Source: a virus (Duplodnaviria; Caudoviricetes). From it: 24,064 nt of DNA. Location of the stretch: IMG/VR virus record IMGVR_UViG_3300020045_003120, positions 1 to 24,064 of that record; one strand, written 5' to 3'. Numbering within the stretch: the first letter of the stretch is position 1; the number at the start of each line of letters is the position of its first letter. The notes beneath the pieces are model-generated. The model worked only from the letters and a program-made list of their open reading frames with translations. It was not told the DNA's origin and did not search any database. Below, one piece after another: positions 7,014-15,188 of the stretch. A program made the translations under genes and the position numbers.

Positions 7014-7403
7014 TTATTCCTCCGGGTTAATTCCAAGCATGGCCTTTGCGTGGGCAATGGCGGCTTCTGCTGTGGCGTGGGCGCAGCCACGTTTTGTAGC
7101 AAGCGATTTCATTGACGGGCCTTTCCAGCAATCAAATAGATCATCGTGTACAAAATCTGGCGCATAAATGTCACCATCCGGCACAGCCTCCAGCGGCTTA
7201 GGCACCTTGAAGCCGTTCACAATGATGTGCTGCGGCTTGCGACGGATTTCCCAACGCTCTGGTCGGTAAATCCAACCTGCCCAATGTGTTCCGTCCGCCA
7301 TGTCGTCCCAATTGCCATTTGTCGTGATCTCAAACTCACTCAGCGGAACGCCATCTGCAATAGCCCGGAGCACAGATGCGTGCTTGTGTTCAATCTTGCT
7401 CAT
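7014..7403 (-). CDS. Hypothetical protein
   Basis: Start MSKIEHKH with GGAG RBS; RRKPQHIIVNGFKVPKP motif. Confidence 0.7.
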   Translation of the reverse strand: MSKIEHKHASVLRAIADGVPLSEFEITTNGNWDDMADGTHWAGWIYRPERWEIRRKPQHIIVNGFKVPKPLEAVPDGDIYAPDFVHDDLFDCWKGPSMKSLATKRGCAHATAEAAIAHAKAMLGINPEE

Positions 7404-7404
7404 A

Positions 7405-7500
7405 TCAAATAACTCCAATCAGCGCGGCACCAATGGCCGCAAATGAAACGATGTATGCGAAGCGCAGGGCTGCTCGGGCGGCGGGTGTGTGGTGGCTCAT
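7405..7500 (-). CDS. Small membrane peptide (31 aa, MSHHTPAARAALRFAYIVSFAAIGAALIGVI)
   Basis: Read manually. ATGA overlap at 7497-7500, GGGAG RBS. Confidence 0.5.
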   Translation of the reverse strand: MSHHTPAARAALRFAYIVSFAAIGAALIGVI

Positions 7501-7874
7501 GTCGCGCTCCCTGTGGCTTTGGCGATGGCTGTATGTAGGTTTTTGACTGCCGCTACTGCGTTTCCAGAAAAACCCGCAGGACTTTCTTGCAAGTTCACAA
7601 AGTCAGGCATAACAGCGCACCACATTGGTCGTCCTTCATTTGTGCAGCCATCTTGAAAAACAATTGGCTCCCCGTCTTTAGGGCCTCCATGTGCAGGGCA
7701 GCAATGTCCATGGCAGTAGGGTCGATTCACCCAATTAAGCAGTTCCTTTGGTAGCTGAGGGCCATTTGCAGGCTTTTGGCAAAATCCAGAAGGTGCTCCC
7801 ATCATCCACATGGGAACATTGCACCGTCCTTTTTGCCAAGGCATTGTTTTTTTGTCTAGGGTGGATTGGCTCAT
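7497..7874 (-). CDS. Cys/His-rich hypothetical protein
   Basis: 125 aa, CHGHCCPAHGGP, ends AIAKATG. Confidence 0.7.
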   Translation of the reverse strand: MSQSTLDKKTMPWQKGRCNVPMWMMGAPSGFCQKPANGPQLPKELLNWVNRPYCHGHCCPAHGGPKDGEPIVFQDGCTNEGRPMWCAVMPDFVNLQESPAGFSGNAVAAVKNLHTAIAKATGSAT

Positions 7875-8029
7875 GCCAACACCCCGCGAATCCGTTCAAG
7901 TTGCTCACGCAATTCAGCGATATGCAGCACGATTGCAGGAACATCTACATGCAGTGGGTGAATGCTGCGAAGTGCTGCGCTGTAGTACGCAATGCGTGCT
8001 AGTAGAGAGAGTTCGGTGAAGAGGTTCAT
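7871..8029 (-). CDS. Small hypothetical protein (52 aa, MNLFTELSLLARIAYY...)
   Basis: Read manually. ATGA overlaps at both ends. Confidence 0.6.
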   Translation of the reverse strand: MNLFTELSLLARIAYYSAALRSIHPLHVDVPAIVLHIAELREQLERIRGVLA

Positions 8030-8268
8030 TTGTCGCTTCCTTTCGGATCAGAGGCGAGGCCGCGCCATTTGATCGTGCTAGAAATCAATGATGATCCACT
8101 AATCTCTGCCCATGCGGCATCAACGCTAGGCGCTCTGAAAAACCACTGCTGACCATCAAATTTGCTGTAGCCGAAGTTTTTAATTCCACCGTAGTCACGC
8201 TCATAAACACCGGCCCGATCAGGCCTCACACCCCCATGAAACCACGGAGTAAGTTTGTCGCTCATCAC
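8026..8268 (-). CDS. Hypothetical protein
   Basis: 80 aa, LTPWF...PDRAGVYER...WRGLA. Confidence 0.7.
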   Translation of the reverse strand: MMSDKLTPWFHGGVRPDRAGVYERDYGGIKNFGYSKFDGQQWFFRAPSVDAAWAEISGSSLISSTIKWRGLASDPKGSDK

Positions 8269-8630
8269 ATTGCCCCAATCGTTTCGGACAGAATCACGCG
8301 CTTTGTGTCTTCATCTTCAAGATAGCGAGTCGCCAGCTCACGGGTAGCCGCTGCAATCTGTGCATCAGAGTTGCGACGATCAAACATGATCTTCAGCAAT
8401 TCGCTGCTTGAGATAGGGCCAAGCAACAGCGTGCTTTTGACCAACAGAGGTGCTCGTTCGTCTGCAATCAGCGAAACGAATTCGCCAAATGTTTCGGCTG
8501 TCAGTTCAGCGTTACCGCCGGCGACTTGCTCAAATCCAAAGCGATCTGCTGATTCGCTGCGCTGTGCGTTGTCGCTGTAGCGCTCGGCATCGCGAGCTGC
8601 CTGTACTTCGTGAAATGCTGGTGCGTTCAT
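8265..8630 (-). CDS. Hypothetical protein
   Basis: Start MNAPAF with GGAGAG RBS. Confidence 0.7.
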   Translation of the reverse strand: MNAPAFHEVQAARDAERYSDNAQRSESADRFGFEQVAGGNAELTAETFGEFVSLIADERAPLLVKSTLLLGPISSSELLKIMFDRRNSDAQIAAATRELATRYLEDEDTKRVILSETIGAM

Positions 8631-8642
8631 GCTGCTCTCCAC

Positions 8643-8852
8643 TTAGATGGCGATTGAAATGCCATGCTCTTGCACGGTGAAGAAAGATGCGATGCGAGCC
8701 ATGCGGGCCGCTTGCTCAACTTCTGCTTGAGTTTTCTTGCTGCCTGCGCGGTGGATGGCGGCCAATGCCCTGGCGGCATCGCTGCAAGAAATGACACCGC
8801 ATTCCATGGCTGCCAATGTGCGGGACATGTCGCGTTGTTCTGCTGCTTTCAT
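8643..8852 (-). CDS. First gene of the pL operon, hypothetical (69 aa)
   Basis: Start MKAAEQ at 8852 with AGGAG RBS, just downstream of pL. Confidence 0.7.
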   Translation of the reverse strand: MKAAEQRDMSRTLAAMECGVISCSDAARALAAIHRAGSKKTQAEVEQAARMARIASFFTVQEHGISIAI

Positions 8853-8885
8853 CTGCTCTCTCCTGTTTGTTGAACCGATGGATGT

Positions 8886-8939
8886 ATTAAACACCACGTT
8901 TACACACCATGTCAACAGCAGGTGTAAACACTGTGTGTT
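8886..8939 (-). promoter_or_regulatory. pL promoter with operator sites OL
   Basis: Minus strand TTGACA (8915-8910), 18 bp, TTTAAT. Imperfect TAAACA-N3-TGTTTA sites at 8888-8902, 8901-8915 and 8925-8939. Confidence 0.7.
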
Positions 8940-8967
8940 TCTCCGACGAACGGTAAACAACAGGCGT

Positions 8968-8990
8968 AAAAAAACCGCCCGAAGGCGGTT
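8968..8990 (-). terminator. Intrinsic terminator of the cI operon
   Basis: Minus strand AACCGCC-TTCG-GGCGGTT-TTTTT. Confidence 0.85.
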
Positions 8991-9008
8991 GGTATGGAGC
9001 GGGCTAGA

Positions 9009-9311
9009 TCAGAAGCACTGAACGCGCCCGTAAATGTCAGGCTTGCAGCTTGGTCGGTTCTGCTGGCCCGGCAGGATGAACGGCTGCGGAGGGCTCAGTT
9101 CGTCGCGCTGGCTGCCTCGCTGGCCCGTGTACGGGTTGGCCCCGTAGATGCTGTTCTGCGCCCCGTAGTTGTTCATGCGCGAGCTGTCAGGGGCGCTGCG
9201 CATGTGGCCCGGTACGTAGATTCCATCCTTGCGGTAATAGCCGTCTACGTATGTCTGAGCGTGCGCGGTAAGTGCCAGCATGGCGGCGGCAAGTAGTGCG
9301 ATCTTTTTCAT
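9009..9311 (-). CDS. Secreted protein co-transcribed with cI
   Basis: Signal peptide MKKIALLAAAMLALTAHA; YVDGYYRKDGIYVPGH...NPYTG motif; GGAGG RBS and ATGA coupling to cI. Confidence 0.8.
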   Translation of the reverse strand: MKKIALLAAAMLALTAHAQTYVDGYYRKDGIYVPGHMRSAPDSSRMNNYGAQNSIYGANPYTGQRGSQRDELSPPQPFILPGQQNRPSCKPDIYGRVQCF

Positions 9312-10018
9312 GATGTTCCTCCTGGTGAAAGTTTGCGGCGGGTTGTTACTTCGATGGCTACAGCGGCGACAGATATGGCCGGATCGTCAATCTCGATCAT
9401 TGGGTAGCCGTTGTTCGACCTCAAGAACCACATGCCGCCCTCCTTGACAAGCTTACGAACCAGCGGCTCACCTGAGCGCGGGTGAAGTGCGATCACGACG
9501 CACCCAGATTCCGGGGCGGCATTGGCATCGCACAAGAGCATGGAGCCGGGCGGTATGTGGTCCTCAGGGACTGCACTCACCATCGCATCACCATTGACCT
9601 CAATCAAAAAACTCCGTGGGGTAACAGCATCTGACGCCACTACCTCATACCTGTCCTCGGGTGGGGTAAACATACCTTGCACGAATCCCTGAACCTCGTG
9701 CCAAGACAATACCGGCACTCGCTTGTGCAAGCCTACAAGTAATACATCCGTAGTAGGGGTTTCCACTTCCCCCATATTGGGGATGGATGTAACAGACAGA
9801 AGCATTCTGCCTTCGCCGGTAGTCACCCATGACGGGTTTATCCCGTGAACCTCGCCAGCTTTGAGGGCGCCAGCTTTTGAAACTCCACGGGTTTTCCAGT
9901 TGGTTATTGTTGCTGGGCTTTCGCCCATGAGCGTGGCAACCCTTCCGGGCTCAAGCGGAGCAATGGCCCTCTGCGTAAGCATGAGCGCGTCAAAAAGTCT
10001 AGAGGCTGACGGGTGCAT
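9308..10018 (-). CDS. cI: CI-like repressor (HTH plus degenerate S24 domain)
   Basis: HTH (VATLMGESPATITNWKTRG), SWVTTGEG linker, S24-like C-terminus, divergent from cro. Likely start ATG at 10018. Confidence 0.85.
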   Translation of the reverse strand: MHPSASRLFDALMLTQRAIAPLEPGRVATLMGESPATITNWKTRGVSKAGALKAGEVHGINPSWVTTGEGRMLLSVTSIPNMGEVETPTTDVLLVGLHKRVPVLSWHEVQGFVQGMFTPPEDRYEVVASDAVTPRSFLIEVNGDAMVSAVPEDHIPPGSMLLCDANAAPESGCVVIALHPRSGEPLVRKLVKEGGMWFLRSNNGYPMIEIDDPAISVAAVAIEVTTRRKLSPGGTS

Positions 10019-10041
10019 GCCAGCATTGTCATCATCAAAGT

Positions 10042-10071
10042 GTTGACAAGTGTTTAAACGTGGTGTGTAAT
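10042..10071 (+). promoter_or_regulatory. pR promoter with operator sites OR
   Basis: TTGACA (10043-10048), 17 bp, TGTAAT (10066-10071). Shares TAAACGTGGTGT with pL. Confidence 0.75.
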
Positions 10072-10079
10072 CATGCCCC

Positions 10080-10289
10080 ATGACGACAGACACCCAACAC
10101 CCAGACGCCAATCTCATCAAGTTTCTCGGCGGTCCCGCCGCCATGGCGAGAAAGCTTGATCTTACGGAGCGGCACGCAACCCAGCGCGTTGCCAACTGGA
10201 TCAAGCGAGGCATTCCGCCATCCATCCGCTTGGAGCATCGCGGCCTGTTTGACAAGGCCGAACGGGCTATTGCAAAGCAATCCGCCTAA
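10080..10289 (+). CDS. cro: Cro-like repressor
   Basis: 69 aa, LGGPAAMARKL...QRVANWIKRGIP; divergent from cI. Confidence 0.85.
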   Translation: MTTDTQHPDANLIKFLGGPAAMARKLDLTERHATQRVANWIKRGIPPSIRLEHRGLFDKAERAIAKQSA

Positions 10290-10471
10290 CCCGTTTCCCA
10301 CACGCCCGCTATGCCAACCGGCCAGCAATCCCAACGCCTCGCGCTGTTCCCTCCCTGCGGCGCGGCTACGGCAGGTGTTGTTGTGCGGGCGTGCTTTTTC
10401 TTCCATGCCGCAACTGTGCGCCTAAACGGCCAATGAGCGGAATACCTCAAACGTGTGTTTTGTCCCCTCAA

Positions 10472-10648
10472 ATGACTATGTCCGCACATACAGCAATCAA
10501 AGGTTCTCCCAGCAGCGCACAACCCATGCGCGGCCTGTCGAAACGAGCGCAGAAGCAGCTTGCACCGGTTCGCAATGGCTTCTGCACACCGATTGAACCG
10601 GCAGGCAGCGGCATTCAGCGGCTGGCTAAGACGAAAGCGGCGATATGA
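10472..10648 (+). CDS. Small basic hypothetical protein
   Basis: Stop overlaps the next ATG (ATGA); start uncertain. Confidence 0.4.
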   Translation: MTMSAHTAIKGSPSSAQPMRGLSKRAQKQLAPVRNGFCTPIEPAGSGIQRLAKTKAAI

Positions 10649-11049
10649 GCAACGAATCAAAAAAGTTCAAACATCTTTGCGTAGGCGATGTTGTTTGTGT
10701 TGTTGACCAGCGCAGAAGGGGCTCTCTTGAGCCTGAGCCAAGGTCGGAGCAGGTTGTGCGTGTCGGGCGCAAGTTTGGATACATCAAGGGGTACGGTGAT
10801 GACCGACCTTTCGACCTTGCAACTGGTGTAAGCCACCACAAAGAAGGAAATGCACGGGCTAACGGGTATGGATTTGATGTTTACAAATCTGAGGCCGATT
10901 ACATCCAAGAGGTTTTTAGGGCTAGCGAGTTTCGCAGGCTCAAGCAGCGTTTGATTTCAGGTTATTCGAGCAGTCTTGTAAATCTAAGCCATGAGTGCGT
11001 TTCAAAGATTCATGCTGTTCTTGATGAAGAGTTGAAAGGCGAGCAATGA
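10645..11049 (+). CDS. Hypothetical protein (SH3/KOW-like N-terminus)
   Basis: LCVGDVVCVV...VVRVGRKF. Confidence 0.7.
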   Translation: MSNESKKFKHLCVGDVVCVVDQRRRGSLEPEPRSEQVVRVGRKFGYIKGYGDDRPFDLATGVSHHKEGNARANGYGFDVYKSEADYIQEVFRASEFRRLKQRLISGYSSSLVNLSHECVSKIHAVLDEELKGEQ

Positions 11050-11297
11050 ACCAACAACTAGACGCCTACACCGCTCTGTGCAAGTTCGCCAGCCGTCCGC
11101 ATCGTCGTCAAAAGGCGTGGTCGCCATGCGAAGCAATTTGGATGATTGCGCTGCTGTATGGGGTGCGTTTTGAGAATGAGCGCCATTGGGGGCCGATATT
11201 CCTACGCGCCATGCGTGAAGGCGTGATTAAGCGTGCTGGGCTGTTTCCGCGTGCTAGCTCTAACGGGTCAATGCGTCCCGGCTGGGTGGGGTGTTGA
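11046..11297 (+). CDS. Hypothetical protein
   Basis: 83 aa, coupled to neighbours. Confidence 0.65.
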   Translation: MNQQLDAYTALCKFASRPHRRQKAWSPCEAIWMIALLYGVRFENERHWGPIFLRAMREGVIKRAGLFPRASSNGSMRPGWVGC

Positions 11298-11298
11298 T

Positions 11299-12114
11299 AT
11301 GCGAATCAAGGATTGGAATAAGTTCCAGCACTTCAAAGACCGCAAGCCGCCTTGGATCAAGTTGTACCGAGACATTCTTGATGATGTTGAGTGGCACGAG
11401 CTTCCCGCAGATAGCGCAAAGACCTTGGTAATGCTTTGGTTGATTGCTAGTGAGGACGAAGGCAACTTGCCGGAAATGAAAAAGCTGGCCTTCAGGCTCC
11501 GTATCAACACGAAAACTATTAAGGATCACATTTCGCACCTGTCTCACTGGATTGATATGGATGGATATCAAGCTGATATCACGCCGTCTCAGAAAAATTC
11601 AGTACCTGATGTTAGTGACCACCAAGAGACAGAGACAGAGACAGAGACAGAGACAGAGACAGAGACAGAGACAGAGACAGAGACAGAGACAGAGACAGAG
11701 ACAGAGACAGAGACAGAGACAGAGACAGAGAAGCCGCCGCGCAAGCGCGTCAAGCCTGTTTTTTTTGAAACGCCGGATTGGATCAATCGTGAGCATTGGG
11801 ATGCATGGCATTCCTGCGCCAAACGTAAGAAGGCCACTGCGGAGCAGAAGGCGCTGGCTCTTGAGACTTTGAGCGAATGGCGTACCGCTGGCCAGGACTT
11901 CGCTGGAGCGCTGAAAAACGCAGCGGTAGGGGGTTGGTCGGGGTTATTCCTTCCTAGCGCTCAAAAGGCCGCAAATCAAAGCCTGAGCTTTGCCCAGGTT
12001 GACGAACAAACCCGCCGAAAGCGTTGGGAAGAAATGACGGGTCGCAGGTGGCCCGAATCGGATGCGATGCCGGAATTCATCGACGTTGAAACAACTGTGC
12101 AGAGGATCGCATGA
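11299..12114 (+). CDS. Phage replication initiator (replisome organiser-type)
   Basis: MRIKDWNKFQHFKDRKPPWIKLYRDILDD N-domain, ET-repeat linker, PDWI...W C-domain; lambda O position. Confidence 0.8.
   Translation: MRIKDWNKFQHFKDRKPPWIKLYRDILDDVEWHELPADSAKTLVMLWLIASEDEGNLPEMKKLAFRLRINTKTIKDHISHLSHWIDMDGYQADITPSQKNSVPDVSDHQETETETETETETETETETETETETETETETETETEKPPRKRVKPVFFETPDWINREHWDAWHSCAKRKKATAEQKALALETLSEWRTAGQDFAGALKNAAVGGWSGLFLPSAQKAANQSLSFAQVDEQTRRKRWEEMTGRRWPESDAMPEFIDVETTVQRIA
11626..11730 (+). repeat. Perfect in-frame hexamer repeat (GAGACA)17-GAG
   Basis: Seen directly; encodes (ET)17E. Confidence 0.95.
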
Positions 12115-12560
12115 GTCTCCAGATGAAAGCCATTGACCGACTTTTTGAGCGCATGGCCGCTACCTACACAACGCAATGGACGCGCCAGTTCTCCGAAGTT
12201 CCGATGCAGGACGTGAAAACCGCATGGGCGCATGAGCTGGATGCATTTTCTGGCTACCTTGAGTCGATTGCATGGGCGTTGGAAAACCTTCCGCCGAAGT
12301 GCCCAAACGTGATTGAGTTCCGCAATATTTGCCGCCAAGCGCCAGCGCGTCAGGCTCCGCAACTTCCTGAACCAAAAGCAGACCCGGCCCGTGTTGCTGC
12401 TGAGTTGGCAAAGTTGGCAGATGTTCGGAAGTCTGCGCTTGTCAGCCGCACAGATGGCCGCGATTGGGCACGTCGAATCATGGAGCGCGTCAATTCTGGT
12501 CAATCAGTAAACATGACCGTAAAGATGTTTGCTCGTCAGGCGTTGGGTGAGTTGTCATGA
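12111..12560 (+). CDS. Putative helicase loader (lambda P position)
   Basis: Follows the initiator; LFERMAATY...W and PNVIEFRNICR motifs. Confidence 0.55.
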   Translation: MSLQMKAIDRLFERMAATYTTQWTRQFSEVPMQDVKTAWAHELDAFSGYLESIAWALENLPPKCPNVIEFRNICRQAPARQAPQLPEPKADPARVAAELAKLADVRKSALVSRTDGRDWARRIMERVNSGQSVNMTVKMFARQALGELS

Positions 12561-12688
12561 ACCACATACGAACAAACGACCCACTGCACAACTGGGCGCA
12601 CCGAATCCTTGACGAAGTACGCGCAGGCATTCCGCACACGCAATCAGACATTAACAAGGCGCTTGCTGCGCTTGGGGAGCCGATATGA
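12557..12688 (+). CDS. Small hypothetical protein (43 aa, MNHIRTNDPLHNWAHRIL...)
   Basis: Read manually. ATGA overlaps at both ends. Confidence 0.6.
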   Translation: MNHIRTNDPLHNWAHRILDEVRAGIPHTQSDINKALAALGEPI

Positions 12689-13038
12689 ACGAAATAACCC
12701 TGCCATGGCCTCCCGCTGCGCTGAACCCTAACAAGCGCTGCCATTGGTCAACCAAAGCGAAGGCAGCACGAAGCTACCGCGAATCCTGCGCCGAACTGAC
12801 AGAGCAATCAGGAAACTCTATCGATTGGGAAGGCGATATTCATGTCTGGATCGACTTCTACAAACCAGATCGGCGCCATCGGGATGACGACAACATGATT
12901 AGCGCATTCAAGAGTGGGCGTGATGGAATGGCCGATGCGCTCGGTGTCAATGACAAGCGGTTCCGAATTCATCCGTATGTCAAGGATGAAATTGGCGGGA
13001 TGATAAAAATTCGGTTTACGAAAGGTCCGGAAGCATGA
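12685..13038 (+). CDS. rusA: RusA-like Holliday junction resolvase
   Basis: ITLPWPP...NPN and RRHRDDDN...K...D...ND motifs. Confidence 0.8.
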   Translation: MNEITLPWPPAALNPNKRCHWSTKAKAARSYRESCAELTEQSGNSIDWEGDIHVWIDFYKPDRRHRDDDNMISAFKSGRDGMADALGVNDKRFRIHPYVKDEIGGMIKIRFTKGPEA

Positions 13039-13193
13039 GCCAAATTCAATATCACAACCTGATGATGGTCTTGTGTTTAACCGCTTCCAACGTTACGAAA
13101 AGCAAGATTGCAGAGGGGTTTTTCATTGCCCTCTCGGCAATGCACTTTTTTATGGCGATTGTTTTAACCGTTGCGTCATTGGTGGCGAAATGA
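13035..13193 (+). CDS. Small membrane protein (52 aa, MSQIQYHNLMMVLCL...)
   Basis: Read manually. Hydrophobic, ATGA overlaps at both ends. Confidence 0.55.
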   Translation: MSQIQYHNLMMVLCLTASNVTKSKIAEGFFIALSAMHFFMAIVLTVASLVAK

Positions 13194-13597
13194 GCGAAGC
13201 ACTAACCATTCAACTGAGCAACAGGCAACAGGCATGGGCTGCAATGGAAGCTCGCCTGTTCCCGTTTCTGAAGCTGGCATTGCAGGCCGACCGCCAATGG
13301 CTTCTGTCGGTCAAGCAGGCAACCCGCAGCACAGAGCAAAACCGCAGGCTGTGGGCAATGCTGAACGAAATCAGCCAGCAGGTTGATTGGTACGGCCAAA
13401 AGCTGACGCCTGCTGAATGGAAAGATGTGTTCAGTGCGGCCATGAAGCGCACAAAGGTAGTGCCAGGGCTTGATGGTGGTTTTGTTGTGTGCGGTCAATC
13501 GACCAGCAACATGACGAAATCTGAAATGAGCGAAATGCAGACGCTGATGGAAGCATTCGGAGCTGAAAAAGGCGTGAAGTTCACGGTGCAAGAATGA
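13190..13597 (+). CDS. ninB: NinB/Orf recombination protein
   Basis: RSTEQNRRLWAML...WYGQKL...WKDVF...PGLDG...STSNM...AFGAEKGV. Confidence 0.9.
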   Translation: MSEALTIQLSNRQQAWAAMEARLFPFLKLALQADRQWLLSVKQATRSTEQNRRLWAMLNEISQQVDWYGQKLTPAEWKDVFSAAMKRTKVVPGLDGGFVVCGQSTSNMTKSEMSEMQTLMEAFGAEKGVKFTVQE

Positions 13598-13929
13598 GAT
13601 TCCAGAAATTCAACTACGTGCGCAGCCGAAAGCTATTGCAGGCTGTGGCGTCTATTCCGTGCCAGCACTGCGGGCGCGATGGGTACACACAAGCGGCTCA
13701 TAGCAATCAATCAGCACACGGTAAAGGCCGGAGCATTAAAGCAAGTGACGTATTCACGGCCGCATTGTGCGATGTTTGCCACGCAGCATTAGATCAAGGC
13801 TCGCACATGAACCGAGAGCAGCGGGTGACGCTGTGGGGTGATGCATGGCGCAAGACGGTTAAGACGTTGGTATCCGGTGGCCTTTGGCCGCTGGATGTTG
13901 AGATTCCAGATATTAGAAACTTTCACTGA
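13594..13929 (+). CDS. Zn-binding His-Me nuclease-like protein (DUF968/DUF1364-like)
   Basis: PCQHCG...QAAHSN...HGKG...K...ALCDVCH. Confidence 0.7.
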   Translation: MRFQKFNYVRSRKLLQAVASIPCQHCGRDGYTQAAHSNQSAHGKGRSIKASDVFTAALCDVCHAALDQGSHMNREQRVTLWGDAWRKTVKTLVSGGLWPLDVEIPDIRNFH

Positions 13930-13930
13930 A

Positions 13931-14437
13931 ATGACAAAAAAGATCATCTATCACACATTGGAAACACTTCACAACCTTTGCACCGAGTGCGGAGATTGCT
14001 GGGAATGGGGAATGAGCCTTAACAGTCAGAACATGCCGCAGACACGGCACGGCGGCAAGGTTATGGGCGCTCGCCGTCTGGCTTACGAGTTGGCAGGAAA
14101 CGAAATCAAGCCGGGTAATGTGGTTTTCCCAAAGTGCAACAACCGTAAATGCATCAATCCTTCGCATACATCGCAAAGCACAAGCTCAAAGTTCATGTCA
14201 GCGAAGAACAAAACGCAGGTCAGAACCGTTGCAACGCGCAAGAAGATTTCAGACAACGCCCGCAAGAATGCAAAACTGACACCCGAGCTTGTGAACGAAA
14301 TCAAAAACAGCAGCAAATCAGGCCGTCAATGGGCGCGTGATACTGGTATTGGCCTAAAAACCATCTGGAACGCTATTAACGGGCGAACGTGGAAAGAGTA
14401 CGGATCGCCTTGGAGTGGATTGGGGGCGCGATCATGA
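13931..14437 (+). CDS. HNH-like protein with degenerate active site and C-terminal HTH
   Basis: CWEW...ARRLAY...VFPKCNNRKCINPSH...AKLT...WARDTGI...GRTWK. Confidence 0.75.
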   Translation: MTKKIIYHTLETLHNLCTECGDCWEWGMSLNSQNMPQTRHGGKVMGARRLAYELAGNEIKPGNVVFPKCNNRKCINPSHTSQSTSSKFMSAKNKTQVRTVATRKKISDNARKNAKLTPELVNEIKNSSKSGRQWARDTGIGLKTIWNAINGRTWKEYGSPWSGLGARS

Positions 14438-14709
14438 GCAACATTAATGAAGTGCTTTCAGAGCGCGGAAGTCGTTACGGGAAGTTCAAGGATCACGCTG
14501 AGGTCACACAGAAGCTGAAATACATCATCCGCCTGCACATGGGGGCGCGGTACGACCGACTCGAAACCGACCAGCAGGAAGCCTTGGACATGATCGCCCA
14601 CAAGATCGGGCGAATCGTCAACGGTGATCCGAACTATGCGGATAGCTGGGTGGACATTGCTGGATATGCAAAGCTGGTCGCAGACCGATTGGGAGGCGTT
14701 GAACGATGA
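14434..14709 (+). CDS. DUF6378-like protein
   Basis: ERGSRYG...EALDMIAHKIGRIVNGDP...DSWVDIAGYA. Confidence 0.75.
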   Translation: MSNINEVLSERGSRYGKFKDHAEVTQKLKYIIRLHMGARYDRLETDQQEALDMIAHKIGRIVNGDPNYADSWVDIAGYAKLVADRLGGVER

Positions 14710-15188
14710 GCCGCAAACGCTGCAAACGCAAAGTGTGGGCGCTGATTAACCCGATTCAGCATGCAATCGACGGTGCTGGAATCACCTCGCGCAATGATTT
14801 GGACAAGCTTCTATCGCGTGAACTTGCCAGCCTGGACGCATTCACTCATGGAAAGGCTCGCATGTCCGAATGGTCCGACATGGTGAACGTCAACAACCTG
14901 ACGCAGACGCTCGCAAGCATGGGAGTTGGGCGCGAAGCCCTGCCAGATTGCCATAAGGCAGAAGCCGCGCTAGTTGAGGCCGCCGCACGCTACCAGAACA
15001 CCAAACGCATGGGATTGAGTGGGCCTGGGATTCAAGCGCTGCGGGACGTTATCGAATGGCATGACTTGCAGCGTGCCAGCATTCCGCGCAGCCAGTACGA
15101 AGAAGCCATCCGATTGACAGGCGCACGCATCAAGAGCGGGTATTCGACGGTTGATCTGGAAAAAACGCTTGGAAAGGCTGTTGCATGA
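14706..15188 (+). CDS. Hypothetical protein
   Basis: 160 aa with basic N-terminus; GGAGG RBS, ATGA coupling. Confidence 0.75.
   Translation: MSRKRCKRKVWALINPIQHAIDGAGITSRNDLDKLLSRELASLDAFTHGKARMSEWSDMVNVNNLTQTLASMGVGREALPDCHKAEAALVEAAARYQNTKRMGLSGPGIQALRDVIEWHDLQRASIPRSQYEEAIRLTGARIKSGYSTVDLEKTLGKAVA

Noticed and set aside
9308-10255. 315-aa version of CI from the ORF track
   Set aside because: The extension overlaps cro and pR on the opposite strand. ATG 10018 fits the divergent switch.
10284-10400. GCCTAAC at the cro stop plus a hairpin as another attC
   Set aside because: No matching GTT R' box or L boxes at the required spacing.
11552-11872. Alternate-frame ORFs with RQ, SV and LC repeats
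   Set aside because: By-products of the stop-free hexamer repeat.
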